Shown: positions 1 to 9,528 of the stretch, in pieces
Numbering within the stretch: the first letter of the stretch is position 1
Layout: each line of letters starts with the position of its first letter
Assembly: GCA_001789205.1 (NCBI GenBank)
Contig: MFYT01000039.1
Span: forward strand, 85,295 to 149,294
DNA length: 64,000 nt
From: Candidatus Raymondbacteria bacterium RIFOXYA2_FULL_49_16
GTDB taxonomy: Bacteria > Fibrobacterota > OXYB2-FULL-49-7 > XYB2-FULL-49-35
Reading direction: 5' to 3'
The notes under the pieces: generated by a model
The model's input: only the letters and a program-made list of their open reading frames with translations
The model's database searches: none
What the model was told of the DNA's origin: nothing
Program-made: the position numbers and the translations under genes

Positions 1-552
1 GCAATTGCGCGGCGGTGCAATATCCATATTTGGCAGGAAATGGAACGCGGCCGGTTCCAGTACAACCGGTATGAGGAACGTTTTTGCGAATATATCGAAG
101 TGGCGCAGGAAAAGCGGATGATTTTGGGGTCGTTTTTCTCGTCGGACAATTTCCGTCATTTTACGCAAAACCTCGACGAGTGGGCGTCCATGGACCCTGG
201 CGTTCTCGACTATTTCGGCGGCAAATCGCTGTATACCATGTCGCACGGCCAGTCGCTTATCTCGTTTTTCCGCACCCGCTATGCCATTGAGGGGCTTTAC
301 CTGCTTGACGAGCCCGAGACCGCGCTTTCACCGCGCCGCCTCATTGAACTGCTCGCCATTGTCCGCGATATGGCCACGGCAGGCCATGCCCAGTTCATTA
401 TTGCCACGCATTCACCCCTGCTGCTTGCCTGCCCTGGCGCGATCATCTATAATTTTGACACTGTTCCTGTTTCATCCTGCTCTTACGAGGAGACAGACTA
501 CTTCCGGGTGTACAAGGACTTCATGGAACATCGGGAAAAATACCTGGGGTAG
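1..552 (+). CDS. AAA family ATPase (AAA_21/ABC-like), C-terminal fragment; ORF runs off the left window edge
   Basis: Frame 1 is open from nt 1 with no upstream stop. Walker B-like 'LYLLDEPETALSP' and H-loop 'IATHSPLLL' are typical of AAA_21/SMC-type ATPases. Confidence 0.55.
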   Translation, partial: AIARRCNIHIWQEMERGRFQYNRYEERFCEYIEVAQEKRMILGSFFSSDNFRHFTQNLDEWASMDPGVLDYFGGKSLYTMSHGQSLISFFRTRYAIEGLYLLDEPETALSPRRLIELLAIVRDMATAGHAQFIIATHSPLLLACPGAIIYNFDTVPVSSCSYEETDYFRVYKDFMEHREKYLG

Positions 553-554
553 GG

Positions 555-1331
555 CTATTCGTCGTTTTCGCGGGCAGGTTCTTCGGCGGGTGCTGAATGA
601 CCCGCATTTTCAGCCTTGGGCTCGTATTTGTTGAACCCGCTTACCATAAGGACAATATCGACCCTGCGGTTCTGCGCCTTGTTCTCGGGGGTGTCGTTGG
701 GGGCTTTTGGACGGTATTCGCCGTATCCAGCTGCCGAGAGCCGGTCTGGGGAAATACCGCCGGAATGGAGCAGGTATTGGAGTACGTTGGTGGCGCGGGA
801 TGTTGACAGCTCCCAGTTTGAATAGAACCTGGTATTGTGAATGCGGTCAGTATCTGTGTGTCCTTCAACGCGTATGAAATTGGGCATTGGCTGGAGAATC
901 CGGGCAACCCTGCCAACAATCTCCATTGCCGGCCCCGAGAGCTCGCCTGATCCCGAATAGAACAGCACTGAATCCTTTATGCTAATGACTAGGCCCCTTT
1001 CCTCGCGCGAAACCGAGATTTTCCCCTGAAGGCCCATTTGCGCGATCATCCGGTTGATACGCTCCTGGGTGTTAGACATGGCCCGTCGTTCCTTGGAGAC
1101 GCTGGGCCCGGGAACCAGGGACCTGCCGCCGTCGAGTACGCCTGAACGGCCTACCCCGCCGAATGTGATGGCGAGCGATTCAGCCATTTCCTGGAATTTT
1201 TGGGTATCGGTCTGCGCCATGGAGTAGAGCACAATGAAGAGCACCAGGAGCAGGGTGATAAGATCAGCGTAGGTGAGCAGCCATCGTTCCGCGTTTTCTT
1301 TTTCCGCGGGCTTGTTCTTCTTGTGCGCCAT
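555..1331 (-). CDS. motB: MotB-type stator protein (OmpA-like C-terminal peptidoglycan-binding domain)
   Basis: N-terminal plug/TM 'LLTYADLITLLLVLFIVLYSM'. OmpA-like C-terminus 'VEGHTDTD...NWELSTSRATNV'. Lies immediately downstream of motA on the same strand. Confidence 0.8.
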   Translation of the reverse strand: MAHKKNKPAEKENAERWLLTYADLITLLLVLFIVLYSMAQTDTQKFQEMAESLAITFGGVGRSGVLDGGRSLVPGPSVSKERRAMSNTQERINRMIAQMGLQGKISVSREERGLVISIKDSVLFYSGSGELSGPAMEIVGRVARILQPMPNFIRVEGHTDTDRIHNTRFYSNWELSTSRATNVLQYLLHSGGISPDRLSAAGYGEYRPKAPNDTPENKAQNRRVDIVLMVSGFNKYEPKAENAGHSAPAEEPARENDE

Positions 1332-1344
1332 ACGGGCCTACGCC

Positions 1345-2124
1345 TTATTTGCCGCTGCTGACGTTGACGTTTTTGGCTTCGGACTGGGAGAGGAATGAAA
1401 TAAGTTTTTGCGCCACAATGCGCGGGTTGTCGCCCGACTCAATGGAGAGCACACCTTCGACAATAATGCTTTTTACCAGCACCTCTTTCTTGCTTTTATT
1501 TTTAAGCTTGGTGCCGATAGGTATCCAGATGACGTTTGCGGAAAACACGCCGTACAACGTGGCAATAAAGGCAAGGGCGATTGAGGCCGCAAGCGACGCG
1601 GCGTCGGAGATGTTTGACAGCACGTTGATGAGGCCAAGAACAGTGCCAATGATGCCCATGGTGGGAGCAAAACCGCCCGCAGCCTCAAATATTCCCGCGC
1701 CACTGTGGTGGCGTTCCTCAATAGTGGTTATTTTAGTTTCGAGAATGTCACGCACCAACGCGGGTTCAGTGCCATCTACAATGAGCTGGACGCCTTGTTT
1801 TAGAAAAGGATCGTTAATGTTTGTCAGTTCTACTTCAAGGCTCAGGATGCCTTCGCGCCGCGCTTTTTCGGAAAATCCCACAAGCATATTAATGGTTTTA
1901 GTGATGTCGTATTTTTGTTCGGTAAAAGCTATGATGAGCAGGCGGGGGGCTTTTGATAGAGTAGACAAGGGAAAACTGGTGATAACAGCACCAACGGTCC
2001 CGCAGGCGATGATGATGAAGGCTGATACGCCTACATACGCGAGCAGGTTGCCGCCCTCTTCAAGGATACCGACGATCATTCCGCCGACCGCCAAACTAAT
2101 CCCAAAAATGGTGGTAATATCCAT
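1345..2124 (-). CDS. motA: MotA/PomA-type proton-channel stator protein
   Basis: 259 aa, four predicted TM helices, MotA/TolQ/ExbB family sequence. Paired with the OmpA-domain MotB 14 nt downstream. Confidence 0.8.
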   Translation of the reverse strand: MDITTIFGISLAVGGMIVGILEEGGNLLAYVGVSAFIIIACGTVGAVITSFPLSTLSKAPRLLIIAFTEQKYDITKTINMLVGFSEKARREGILSLEVELTNINDPFLKQGVQLIVDGTEPALVRDILETKITTIEERHHSGAGIFEAAGGFAPTMGIIGTVLGLINVLSNISDAASLAASIALAFIATLYGVFSANVIWIPIGTKLKNKSKKEVLVKSIIVEGVLSIESGDNPRIVAQKLISFLSQSEAKNVNVSSGK

Positions 2125-2202
2125 ACGGGTCCTTTTCCTTTATTTCAGCTTAAAAGATTTACAAAAAAAATACACTCAACCTCCGTATATTGGCAATAGT
2201 AA

Positions 2203-2230
2203 TTATCGGCATATTCATTTAGAGTATTTA
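2203..2230 (-). promoter_or_regulatory. Putative sigma-28 (FliA)-type promoter upstream of motAB
   Basis: Minus strand reads TAAA-N16-GCCGATAA (consensus TAAA-N15-GCCGATAA), about 80 nt upstream of the motA start. Confidence 0.35.
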
Positions 2231-2294
2231 ATGATATCTGGCGTAAGATGTTTAAAAATAAGGAAATACTTGAATCGATCCTTGAAGTTTAGCT

Positions 2295-3569
2295 TCAGCA
2301 ACCGTTGTTTTTCAAAAGTTTTGCTGTTACTTTTTCCTGCTTTTCCCATTGGCCAAAAAGTGCCCCTTTGGGAAGGAGTTCCCTTTCAACAATTTTTCGT
2401 ATGGCAGGATTGATTGCGCCACATGGCTCATGTTCAAACCCAGTCCCGGGAAGGGGCATGAATGTATGGGCATGGATTGTCGCCCCCATTTTCACCAAGG
2501 CTTGCATCATACGGACTGTGTGCAGGGCATCGTCCTCGGTTTCACCCGGAAGACCGAAAATGAAGTCCACAAAGGGTTTGAGGCTAGCGGAGCAGGCAAT
2601 GTCAATGGCCTGGTACACGTCATTAACTGTATGACCCCGGTTGCACAGGTCCAGAAGGCGCTGGCTTCCTGTTTGCGCACCCACCACGATGTTCTTGTTG
2701 CACGCGTATTTCAGCACAAGCGCCACAGTGTCAGTTGTAACATGTTCGGGCCGCACCTCAGCTGGAAAATTGCCGAAGAATACACGGCCTTTTTTTCCAA
2801 TGGCCTGGTTTACGCCGGTCAGCAGTTCCTCCATGGCGTGCAGGTTAATGCCAAGGCCGTCCGGCGATCCATACGCAAATGCATCAGCCGAAACAAACCG
2901 TATGTTGTACATGTCCCGTTTGCGCATTTCAGCCACTGCTGCCACAATGGCCTCGCTTTTGCGGTGACGCACTGTGCCTCGCGTCAGCTGTGTTGCCTGG
3001 CAGAAATGGCAGCTGAAGGGGCAGCCGCGGGTGATTTCAATAGAGCCCAATTTATCGTACCGTAGTGAAAAGGGAGGGAATGCGTCAAGATCAACAAGTC
3101 CTGCAGGACCGGTATGCATATATCCGGCTCCTGGCTGGTAAAAGGCAATGCCTTTGATTGCGGTCACATCCCCATCTTCCAGCAATTGTTCCGCAAGCGC
3201 GGGAAAAGTTTCTTCGGCCTCTCCCAGCACAGCATAGTCAAACCCCATTGCCAGGGTGCCTTTTGGATCGCCTGTGGCATGGGGGCCGCCTGCAATGAGC
3301 GTGATCCGGTTTCCATAGGCCATTCGCAGCTGCGCCACCAGCTCCTGGGTCTCCCATTTTTGTGGAGTGCAAAATGAAAAGCAGAGCAGCGCTTTGTCAT
3401 GTGTTTCGAGAATACGGCCGGTTTCGGGGAGCAGGGCGTGGGCATAGTAGAAAAAACAGACATGCGCCTTTGTCGCCACAGGATGGTTTTCGAGCGCGCC
3501 TGCGAGCGCGTTAACGCTGTTTCGATTGAGCGAAGTGTAGAAAAAGGCCAAGCCCGTGCGCATAGGCAT
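2295..3569 (-). CDS. B12-binding-domain radical SAM protein
   Basis: N-terminal Rossmann-like B12-binding region followed by a radical SAM CxxxCxxC motif 'CPFSCHFC'. Length about 424 aa. Confidence 0.75.
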   Translation of the reverse strand: MPMRTGLAFFYTSLNRNSVNALAGALENHPVATKAHVCFFYYAHALLPETGRILETHDKALLCFSFCTPQKWETQELVAQLRMAYGNRITLIAGGPHATGDPKGTLAMGFDYAVLGEAEETFPALAEQLLEDGDVTAIKGIAFYQPGAGYMHTGPAGLVDLDAFPPFSLRYDKLGSIEITRGCPFSCHFCQATQLTRGTVRHRKSEAIVAAVAEMRKRDMYNIRFVSADAFAYGSPDGLGINLHAMEELLTGVNQAIGKKGRVFFGNFPAEVRPEHVTTDTVALVLKYACNKNIVVGAQTGSQRLLDLCNRGHTVNDVYQAIDIACSASLKPFVDFIFGLPGETEDDALHTVRMMQALVKMGATIHAHTFMPLPGTGFEHEPCGAINPAIRKIVERELLPKGALFGQWEKQEKVTAKLLKNNGC

Positions 3570-3571
3570 TA

Positions 3572-4297
3572 TTAAAATGACCAGGAAGCCCGTATGCCCC
3601 CGGGCGCAGGAGCGATTGCCGAGTCAGTGGAAGGCGTTTTGTACAGACGGTATACCAGGTATGTGATCGCAGTGCTCACACACGCGCCTGTGACAATATC
3701 AGACAGGTGGTGCCAGTGCTCGTTGTACCTCGTGTATCCCACATAACCTGCCCATCCGTAGAACGCAATTGGCAGACTGTATTTCAACGCCGGCTGTTTT
3801 ACATGGTCAAGCCAGTAGAGGCTCATATATGTTGCGGAACAGAAACTCATTGATGTATGGCCTGAATAAAAGCTTCTTCGCTGGCCTTCGTACCCATGGG
3901 CAATGGCATCGTCGTAATTGGGACGTTTGCGGCCCACGGTCGATGAAACCGCGCTGTAGATGCCAAAATTTACGGAAAAAGCTGTCATAAACCCCCGGAA
4001 ATTCCTGAGCGCGTCGTTTTTATCAACAGCAAAAGGCGTTGCCGCGTATCCGAGGTGGACAAGGGGGATGACCCAGCAGGGGATGCTTTCGTCGCGATAG
4101 GTTTTTACATCAGAACTGATGAACGGGTGGTCTGGGTTCAAGAGCACTGTCTGGAATAGAGCGCCGGCCGAGAGACCCGCAACATCGATGAGAACATCGG
4201 TGTATTGATGATTAAAAGGCGTACTCGAATTTTGTATGACAGCCTGAGACTGCGGCACATACAAGAGCAACCCCAGGAAGACCAAGGTCAATCGCAT
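3572..4297 (-). CDS. PAP2 family (type 2 phosphatidic acid phosphatase-like) membrane/secreted phosphatase
   Basis: Signal peptide plus PAP2 signature 'KRPNYDD ... SGHTS ... HWHHLSDIVTGA' (KxxxxxxRP / PSGH / SRxxxxxHxxxD). A 3-nt gap separates it from the radical SAM gene. Confidence 0.7.
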   Translation of the reverse strand: MRLTLVFLGLLLYVPQSQAVIQNSSTPFNHQYTDVLIDVAGLSAGALFQTVLLNPDHPFISSDVKTYRDESIPCWVIPLVHLGYAATPFAVDKNDALRNFRGFMTAFSVNFGIYSAVSSTVGRKRPNYDDAIAHGYEGQRRSFYSGHTSMSFCSATYMSLYWLDHVKQPALKYSLPIAFYGWAGYVGYTRYNEHWHHLSDIVTGACVSTAITYLVYRLYKTPSTDSAIAPAPGGIRASWSF

Positions 4298-4363
4298 GGT
4301 GAAGAATATAATTTAATCGGACAATACGCTTCGACTGTGGAGATTGCGCCCACAGCGAGGGGT

Positions 4364-6619
4364 TTATCGCAGCAGCAAGGCCTTTGCTGAATAAAACGCG
4401 TCACCCGCCCGTAACCTGAACAGATAGAGGCCGCTGGACACCCCGACAGCCTTCCAAACAACGCCGTTGCGGCTGATTTTAGCCACTGTGGTTTCCACTG
4501 TGGCGACAGACGAGCCGTTTACCCTGAATATCTCAACCGTGACCAGACCGTCTTTTCCCGGTATTTTGCCGCATTGTATGGTCACCGCAGGGTTGAACGG
4601 ATTGGGAAAAACCATCAGCGATTTTTCTGGTACTTGAGCGGCGGGAATCGAGTATGGACCGCTGGTGCATGATTCAATGCTGTCGGGCTCACGACCGATA
4701 TCCGAATAGCGCCATTGACCTTTTCTGGCAACCAGTGTATCTGTACCGGAAACAAGGGCAAGATCAAAGGAGATGTCCGAACTACCCGATCCCTCTTGGT
4801 GGACTTGGGCCGCGATACTGTTCTGACCATCGTGGAGCAGTGGCAGGCCCTGAGCGGTAATATCAACGGTCGTATAGGTTCCGCCTTCGTGCGCAGTCGA
4901 GGCCCAGGTGTCGTATCCGACCTGACTTGCGGGCATGCCAAGGCGGGCGACCTCGGCGCCATTGAGATAGACAATCACGCCATCGTCGTAATTGAGCTCG
5001 AGCGCAAGTGAAGAGAGGGGTGCCGGATTGGAGACGGACATGCTCTTTCTGAAGTATGCGGTATAGACCCTCGCAATGGTTGTGGCCTCATTCCCATCGC
5101 CGTAACCGAACTCGGCCAGGCCGAGAGGCCAGGAAGAATCGTCATACCCAGGATCTTTCCAGGACATCGAAGTACAGGTTGTGTCCACTGTGAAACTGAT
5201 TACCGCGGAAGTGTCCATGGAGTTTCCGGAATCATCAATGGCGCGCACATAGAAGACATAGGTCTGCCCATGCACACCTGCCACGACCATGGAATGGTTG
5301 AAACCGCCTTCTCCTGACGGAAATTGGGTTGTCATGGTTTCGTAGGGTTGGTCGACAAGACCCCAGCGAACGTACGCAGGCTCGTTTGTTTTCAGTGTTA
5401 CAAGAACAGAGGCAGTGCGAACAGTCCCAGACGGCCCGCTTTCCCTGAAGAACGGCGCGGTCGTGTCAGGTCCCTGCGGCCGCTTGATAATGGTAAGACT
5501 GTCGAGTAGCAGCCCATATGGATCAAGGACGTCCATATGCAAGGTGTCGCCGTGAATCCGGCATTTGCCATAGTTGAGCGCCCACGCGCCTTTTTCCACA
5601 AACCAGTCGGTATTCGAGAAATAGCTGGGGGTCCCGTCATATCCCCCGGAACCCCAGTTGCCCAGGACCATCTCCAGCCTGCCCTGGCCAGGCCCGCTCC
5701 CATACTCTTCCACCGGTGTTTCAGCATTGACGTTTAAATTTATCGGCTTTGAACGCATGTAATAATGAATGTGTCCATTCAACACAAGATCAACGCCGTA
5801 GTCGTCGAACGCCTTCCACCAGGTTTCGCGGTATGCGTCCATGTCCTGCTGATGGACCACGGTTACGAAAAAGGGTTTGTGGAAATAGACGATTTTCCAC
5901 TTTTTTGCCGTGTTCCGGAGCTGGTCAACAAGCCATGCGTACTGGGCCGCGAAGTCGCGTTCGCTATTCAGGGAAATGAACAGCGCATCCCCAAATTCGA
6001 ACGAGTACCATTTCTCTTCACCCGGGAGCACAAATTGATTGTAATAGATGCTGTAATTGTAATCGTGATTGCTGACCGCGTAATAGATCAGGGCTTTTTC
6101 GAAAAGGGAGGCGCCATAGGAATAGATTTCGTCCCAGTCAGTCGCTGAGTTGCCATCGGTCGCTTTGTCTCCCATATGAATGAAAAAGTCGGCGTCCTGC
6201 TGCGCCAGCGTCTCAGCCATGGTCCTCCATCCGGGCAGATTGTAATCGTGGATGTCACCACCAGTGATGAAAGTAAGTCTGTCCGCAATCGTGTCGCAGG
6301 AGGTCTGGAATGTCTTTTCAACGCCCCAAGTTCCGTCGTATATGGAGTAATGGATGGTTGCAGACGGCTGAACCGCGGGAAAGGCGTAATCATAGAGATA
6401 TCCGGAATAATCCGCGCGCTGGGTTCCAGCAAATGTTCCCTGTTCGTACAAGTCCGTATACCCCCAGCGGATACTGTCAGCAGGGCCATAGCTTTGCCAG
6501 GTAACAGTCAGCCCGTTCAATGGATTGTTCTTTGAGCCCCAGTGGATATGCGTGACCGTGCTCCAAAGGAGTGAGGCGCCGCATAAGAGAATTCCCATGG
6601 AAAGTGGTATGCTTTTCAT
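4364..6619 (-). CDS. T9SS-sorted secreted purple-acid-phosphatase-like metallophosphoesterase with beta-sandwich domains
   Basis: Signal peptide. Calcineurin-like motifs 'GGDIHDY','HMGDKATDG','SNHDY','GHIHYY'. Fn3/beta-sandwich region. C-terminal T9SS sorting domain 'MVFPNPFNPAVTI...LYLFRLRAG'. Paralogous to the ORFs at 54163 and 56300. Confidence 0.75.
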   Translation of the reverse strand: MKSIPLSMGILLCGASLLWSTVTHIHWGSKNNPLNGLTVTWQSYGPADSIRWGYTDLYEQGTFAGTQRADYSGYLYDYAFPAVQPSATIHYSIYDGTWGVEKTFQTSCDTIADRLTFITGGDIHDYNLPGWRTMAETLAQQDADFFIHMGDKATDGNSATDWDEIYSYGASLFEKALIYYAVSNHDYNYSIYYNQFVLPGEEKWYSFEFGDALFISLNSERDFAAQYAWLVDQLRNTAKKWKIVYFHKPFFVTVVHQQDMDAYRETWWKAFDDYGVDLVLNGHIHYYMRSKPINLNVNAETPVEEYGSGPGQGRLEMVLGNWGSGGYDGTPSYFSNTDWFVEKGAWALNYGKCRIHGDTLHMDVLDPYGLLLDSLTIIKRPQGPDTTAPFFRESGPSGTVRTASVLVTLKTNEPAYVRWGLVDQPYETMTTQFPSGEGGFNHSMVVAGVHGQTYVFYVRAIDDSGNSMDTSAVISFTVDTTCTSMSWKDPGYDDSSWPLGLAEFGYGDGNEATTIARVYTAYFRKSMSVSNPAPLSSLALELNYDDGVIVYLNGAEVARLGMPASQVGYDTWASTAHEGGTYTTVDITAQGLPLLHDGQNSIAAQVHQEGSGSSDISFDLALVSGTDTLVARKGQWRYSDIGREPDSIESCTSGPYSIPAAQVPEKSLMVFPNPFNPAVTIQCGKIPGKDGLVTVEIFRVNGSSVATVETTVAKISRNGVVWKAVGVSSGLYLFRLRAGDAFYSAKALLLR

Positions 6620-6787
6620 TTTTTATTCCTCCTGATAGCATATGCCGGTATTATCCGCTGACATTAAATAAGATACAATGGGAAATAGAAATCGCCCCAA
6701 CTATTTGGCAATAATGACCGATTTTTCAGGAAAAAACGCCACTTTTTCGGAAATCATAGCTGGTAATGGGGAATATCCAGGCCAGCC

Positions 6788-8392
6788 TCAACCGGTTCTG
6801 TATTTACTGGGGCTTTTTCCGGTCATTTTCTTGAAATTTCTAAGAAAAATGTCAGGATCTGAGTACCCGACCTTATACGATATCTCTGTAATTGAATCAT
6901 TGGAAGAACGAAGCATGTCGCACGCTTTTTCTATCCTGACCTCCCGCAGTTGTTCCATCGGCGACTTGCCGGTGACTGTCTGATATATGGTAAGCAGGCG
7001 CCTGGGGCTTAGTCTGACAGTCCGGGCAATGGACTTGCTGCCCAGTTCCTCGTGGAAATGGGCGGATAAGAAGCTGTCTACTTCAGTGACAATGCTTTTC
7101 CAGTTATCGGGTACAATCCTGAATCTCTTTCTCCATGCCCTGGCCCCCAGGAGTGCGATGGCAACAGCCAGCACACTAGCGCCAACGAAGATCCGAGCCT
7201 TGGAATTGTCCCTGATCGTGAATTCGGTTTTGGGAAAATCAAGCACTTCGCCATTTTCACGCACCAGATATCCTTCAAAGGACCACCCGCCTTTCACCAT
7301 TTTATCATTCAGGACCAGGGGGAGGAGTATTTCACCGGATCCAGGGGAGAGGTCAAGCATGCTGACTGCTATTGCCGAGGTGAAAAAACGATCAGCCAGA
7401 CTATCTTTTTTTAACGCGATGAACTCATTGCTCCCCCGTCTATATTTGAAATAGAGGTCTTGGGTCTCGCTGTTGATGCTGAAGGTAAGGTTGGAGGTTT
7501 CGTCAAAAGGGCCGAACCGGTTGCCGCGATCTCCCGTAAAAATGTCCGCGTGCGCGTTCAGGTCAATGTAGCATTTTTTGGACACCGGAGGTAAGCGCAG
7601 GCGCAGGAACACGGTGTCTCCGCGGCGGAATTCGTGGTTGTCCTGCCGCGGGCGGACAATGTCCATTGCAAGCCCTTCGTGGACACGGCGGGCAGATGAT
7701 ATGATGAAATGGTCGATATCCATGGAAGCAATGCCGAATTCCCGAGCTGTTTTTTTACAGCGGAATTCGATGTACTGATAGTGGCCCACGGGCCGACTCA
7801 GTTCAATTTTCCGGTTTCCGGCCGGGAGCCCATCGATAAAAAGCGAGTCCTCGATTGTTGCGCCGTCCACGCGGATGAATATATCAATGGATATCCATTG
7901 GGAAAGACGCACCAGCGCCAGGCCTGTGTCGGGAATGGTCCAGGTGCGTCCTTTTCCATTGGGCCGCATGAGCAGGAGAAGTCCCGGGGTCCCGTCCGCG
8001 GTTTTCCGCAGGACAAGGCCAGGCGTGGTAAAGGGACTGTCGATTTTGCTTACCACGCGGAACCCCAGAAGGGTCAGGTGCGATGCAGTCGTCTGCGCTG
8101 GCAGTGTGCCGTTTGCCCGGTTCAGACGCATGGCAAAATGACAATACAGGCCCTTGACAAGCTCCGGAGAGGAACCGGTAAGCATGAGCGTCCGTGCCGC
8201 GACCCAGTCTGAATCGGCGCTGATGCGAAGTCCGGACGTGCCCCTGAATGCGGCCTTTTTTGTCACGGCAACGTTCCCCTGGGCCCAGCCGTTGATGGTG
8301 AAACCAGCCGAAACTTCCACGGAATCTTCGAAGTCTTCGGAGAAATAGACAGTGTCCGCGGCATGAGGAAGCGCGGTGAAGAAAAGAACCAT
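6788..8392 (-). CDS. Membrane-anchored AraC-family regulator (extracytoplasmic sensor domain, one TM, C-terminal AraC HTH)
   Basis: C-terminal AraC HTH 'ITEISYKVGYSDPDIFLRNFKKMTGKSPSKYR'. TM 'IFVGASVLAVAIALLGARAW'. About 400-aa N-terminal domain behind a signal-like start 'MVLFFTALPHAA'. The six-frame ORF extends to 8620 but has no signal peptide there. Confidence 0.7.
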   Translation of the reverse strand: MVLFFTALPHAADTVYFSEDFEDSVEVSAGFTINGWAQGNVAVTKKAAFRGTSGLRISADSDWVAARTLMLTGSSPELVKGLYCHFAMRLNRANGTLPAQTTASHLTLLGFRVVSKIDSPFTTPGLVLRKTADGTPGLLLLMRPNGKGRTWTIPDTGLALVRLSQWISIDIFIRVDGATIEDSLFIDGLPAGNRKIELSRPVGHYQYIEFRCKKTAREFGIASMDIDHFIISSARRVHEGLAMDIVRPRQDNHEFRRGDTVFLRLRLPPVSKKCYIDLNAHADIFTGDRGNRFGPFDETSNLTFSINSETQDLYFKYRRGSNEFIALKKDSLADRFFTSAIAVSMLDLSPGSGEILLPLVLNDKMVKGGWSFEGYLVRENGEVLDFPKTEFTIRDNSKARIFVGASVLAVAIALLGARAWRKRFRIVPDNWKSIVTEVDSFLSAHFHEELGSKSIARTVRLSPRRLLTIYQTVTGKSPMEQLREVRIEKACDMLRSSNDSITEISYKVGYSDPDIFLRNFKKMTGKSPSKYRTG

Positions 8393-8820
8393 CAGAAGGG
8401 CCGCGAGGATTTTTAACTTAGTTGAACAATAAGGACACACGAGTCTCTCAAAGAAAGAATCAATATGTTTCCAACGAAACGACTTACTTTTACTGGAAAT
8501 ATTGCTCCCAGCGTTGTATGTGGTGGTTATCAAATGATCACAAAGGGGCATTTGATTAGGTTCAACATTCAGGAGATCCCTTACCTCATTCCAATGCACA
8601 AAACTTCTCCTTGCTATCAAAGGCCTTTAAAAGAGAACTATGACATCAATCCTTATTTCTTTTCATCAGTTGAACTGTATCCTACAAATCCACGATACTC
8701 AACTTCCCTTCCCGCCACAACCCAATCCTGTTTCTGACTATTTTTTTTGCATGATACAGCGCCTTGTCCGCCCTTTAGAGCGCAACAGCACAACTCCTCC
8801 CTTAGAGTAATAGTATGGTT

Positions 8821-9201
8821 TTATGCTGCCTGTGCGCGTGAATGCCGTACTCTGCGTGACCTCCCCCGCGAATGCCGAGACGCGGGTGGATGCACTGTCC
8901 CTGTCCGTTTTATGCTTATCGCGACTTTATGCCCGGTTGCATTGGCGACCTTCCAAAGCGTGGAAAGCCGGATATCTTCGCCATGGTTTTCTAATTTGCT
9001 GACCGCTTGTTTGGTAATATGAATGAAATCTGCAAGCTGTTCTTGATTTAATCCTGAATCTTCCCGGAATTGCTTCAGTAAAACGGATATTTTGAAGGTC
9101 TGGAGGCCTATGTCATAATTTTTCCATCCTTCAGGATCTTTTGCCTTCAATTCTTCAAGGTGCGCCAAGGCGTCATCATTGTAATGGAGATTCTTTTTCA
9201 T
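8821..9201 (-). CDS. HTH XRE-family antitoxin (HigA-like)
   Basis: Cro/C1-type HTH 'LNQEQLADFIHITKQAVSKLENHGEDIRLSTLWKVANATG'. Lies 15 nt downstream of a Gp49/HigB-like toxin gene. Confidence 0.6.
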   Translation of the reverse strand: MKKNLHYNDDALAHLEELKAKDPEGWKNYDIGLQTFKISVLLKQFREDSGLNQEQLADFIHITKQAVSKLENHGEDIRLSTLWKVANATGHKVAISIKRTGTVHPPASRHSRGRSRRVRHSRAQAA

Positions 9202-9216
9202 ATTTGCTCCCGCTAT

Positions 9217-9528
9217 TTATTTCTGTTTCCTCAACAAATGGTCTTTCTTTCTCTGTTCCGCAGTCTCGATTTCCTTAACAGGTGTTTTCTGAGTCTTCTT
9301 GGTAAAAGCATGCGCTAATACAAGAAAGTTTCCCGCTTCGAAAAAGCCCAGGAAACGGAAAATATCTCCTCCATATTCTACCCGAACCTCCCATAAACCA
9401 CTAGTCCCTTCCATTTTCTCAAAAAATTTGCCGGGAACCCTTTCGAAATTACGGACAATGTCAAACACATAAAGGCACTTTTCCTGTTGTTCACGGTGTA
9501 AGCTGTCAATAAAAATCTTGACCGGCAT
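9217..9528 (-). CDS. Type II toxin, RelE/ParE superfamily (phage Gp49-like / HigB-like)
   Basis: 103 aa. Motifs 'LWEVRVEYGGDIFRFLGFF...FLVLAHAFTKKTQKTPVKEIETAEQR' are characteristic of the DUF891/Gp49 killer proteins encoded upstream of XRE antitoxins. Confidence 0.65.
   Translation of the reverse strand: MPVKIFIDSLHREQQEKCLYVFDIVRNFERVPGKFFEKMEGTSGLWEVRVEYGGDIFRFLGFFEAGNFLVLAHAFTKKTQKTPVKEIETAEQRKKDHLLRKQK

Noticed and set aside
1349-2413. 354-aa ORF on the + strand overlapping motA
   Set aside because: It is antisense to a well-supported MotA gene, with low-complexity Ser/Pro/Met-rich translation and no motifs. Shadow ORF.
2349-3065. 238-aa + strand ORF inside the radical SAM gene
   Set aside because: Antisense shadow of the B12-radical SAM CDS. 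The translation has no domain features.
5765-6148. 127-aa + strand ORF inside the secreted phosphoesterase gene at 4364-6619
   Set aside because: Shadow ORF on the opposite strand of a strongly supported CDS.
8465-9022. Two small + strand ORFs (8465-8737, 8747-9022) between the AraC and HigA genes
   Set aside because: No RBS, no recognisable motifs, and they overlap the probable promoter and antitoxin region. Likely non-coding.
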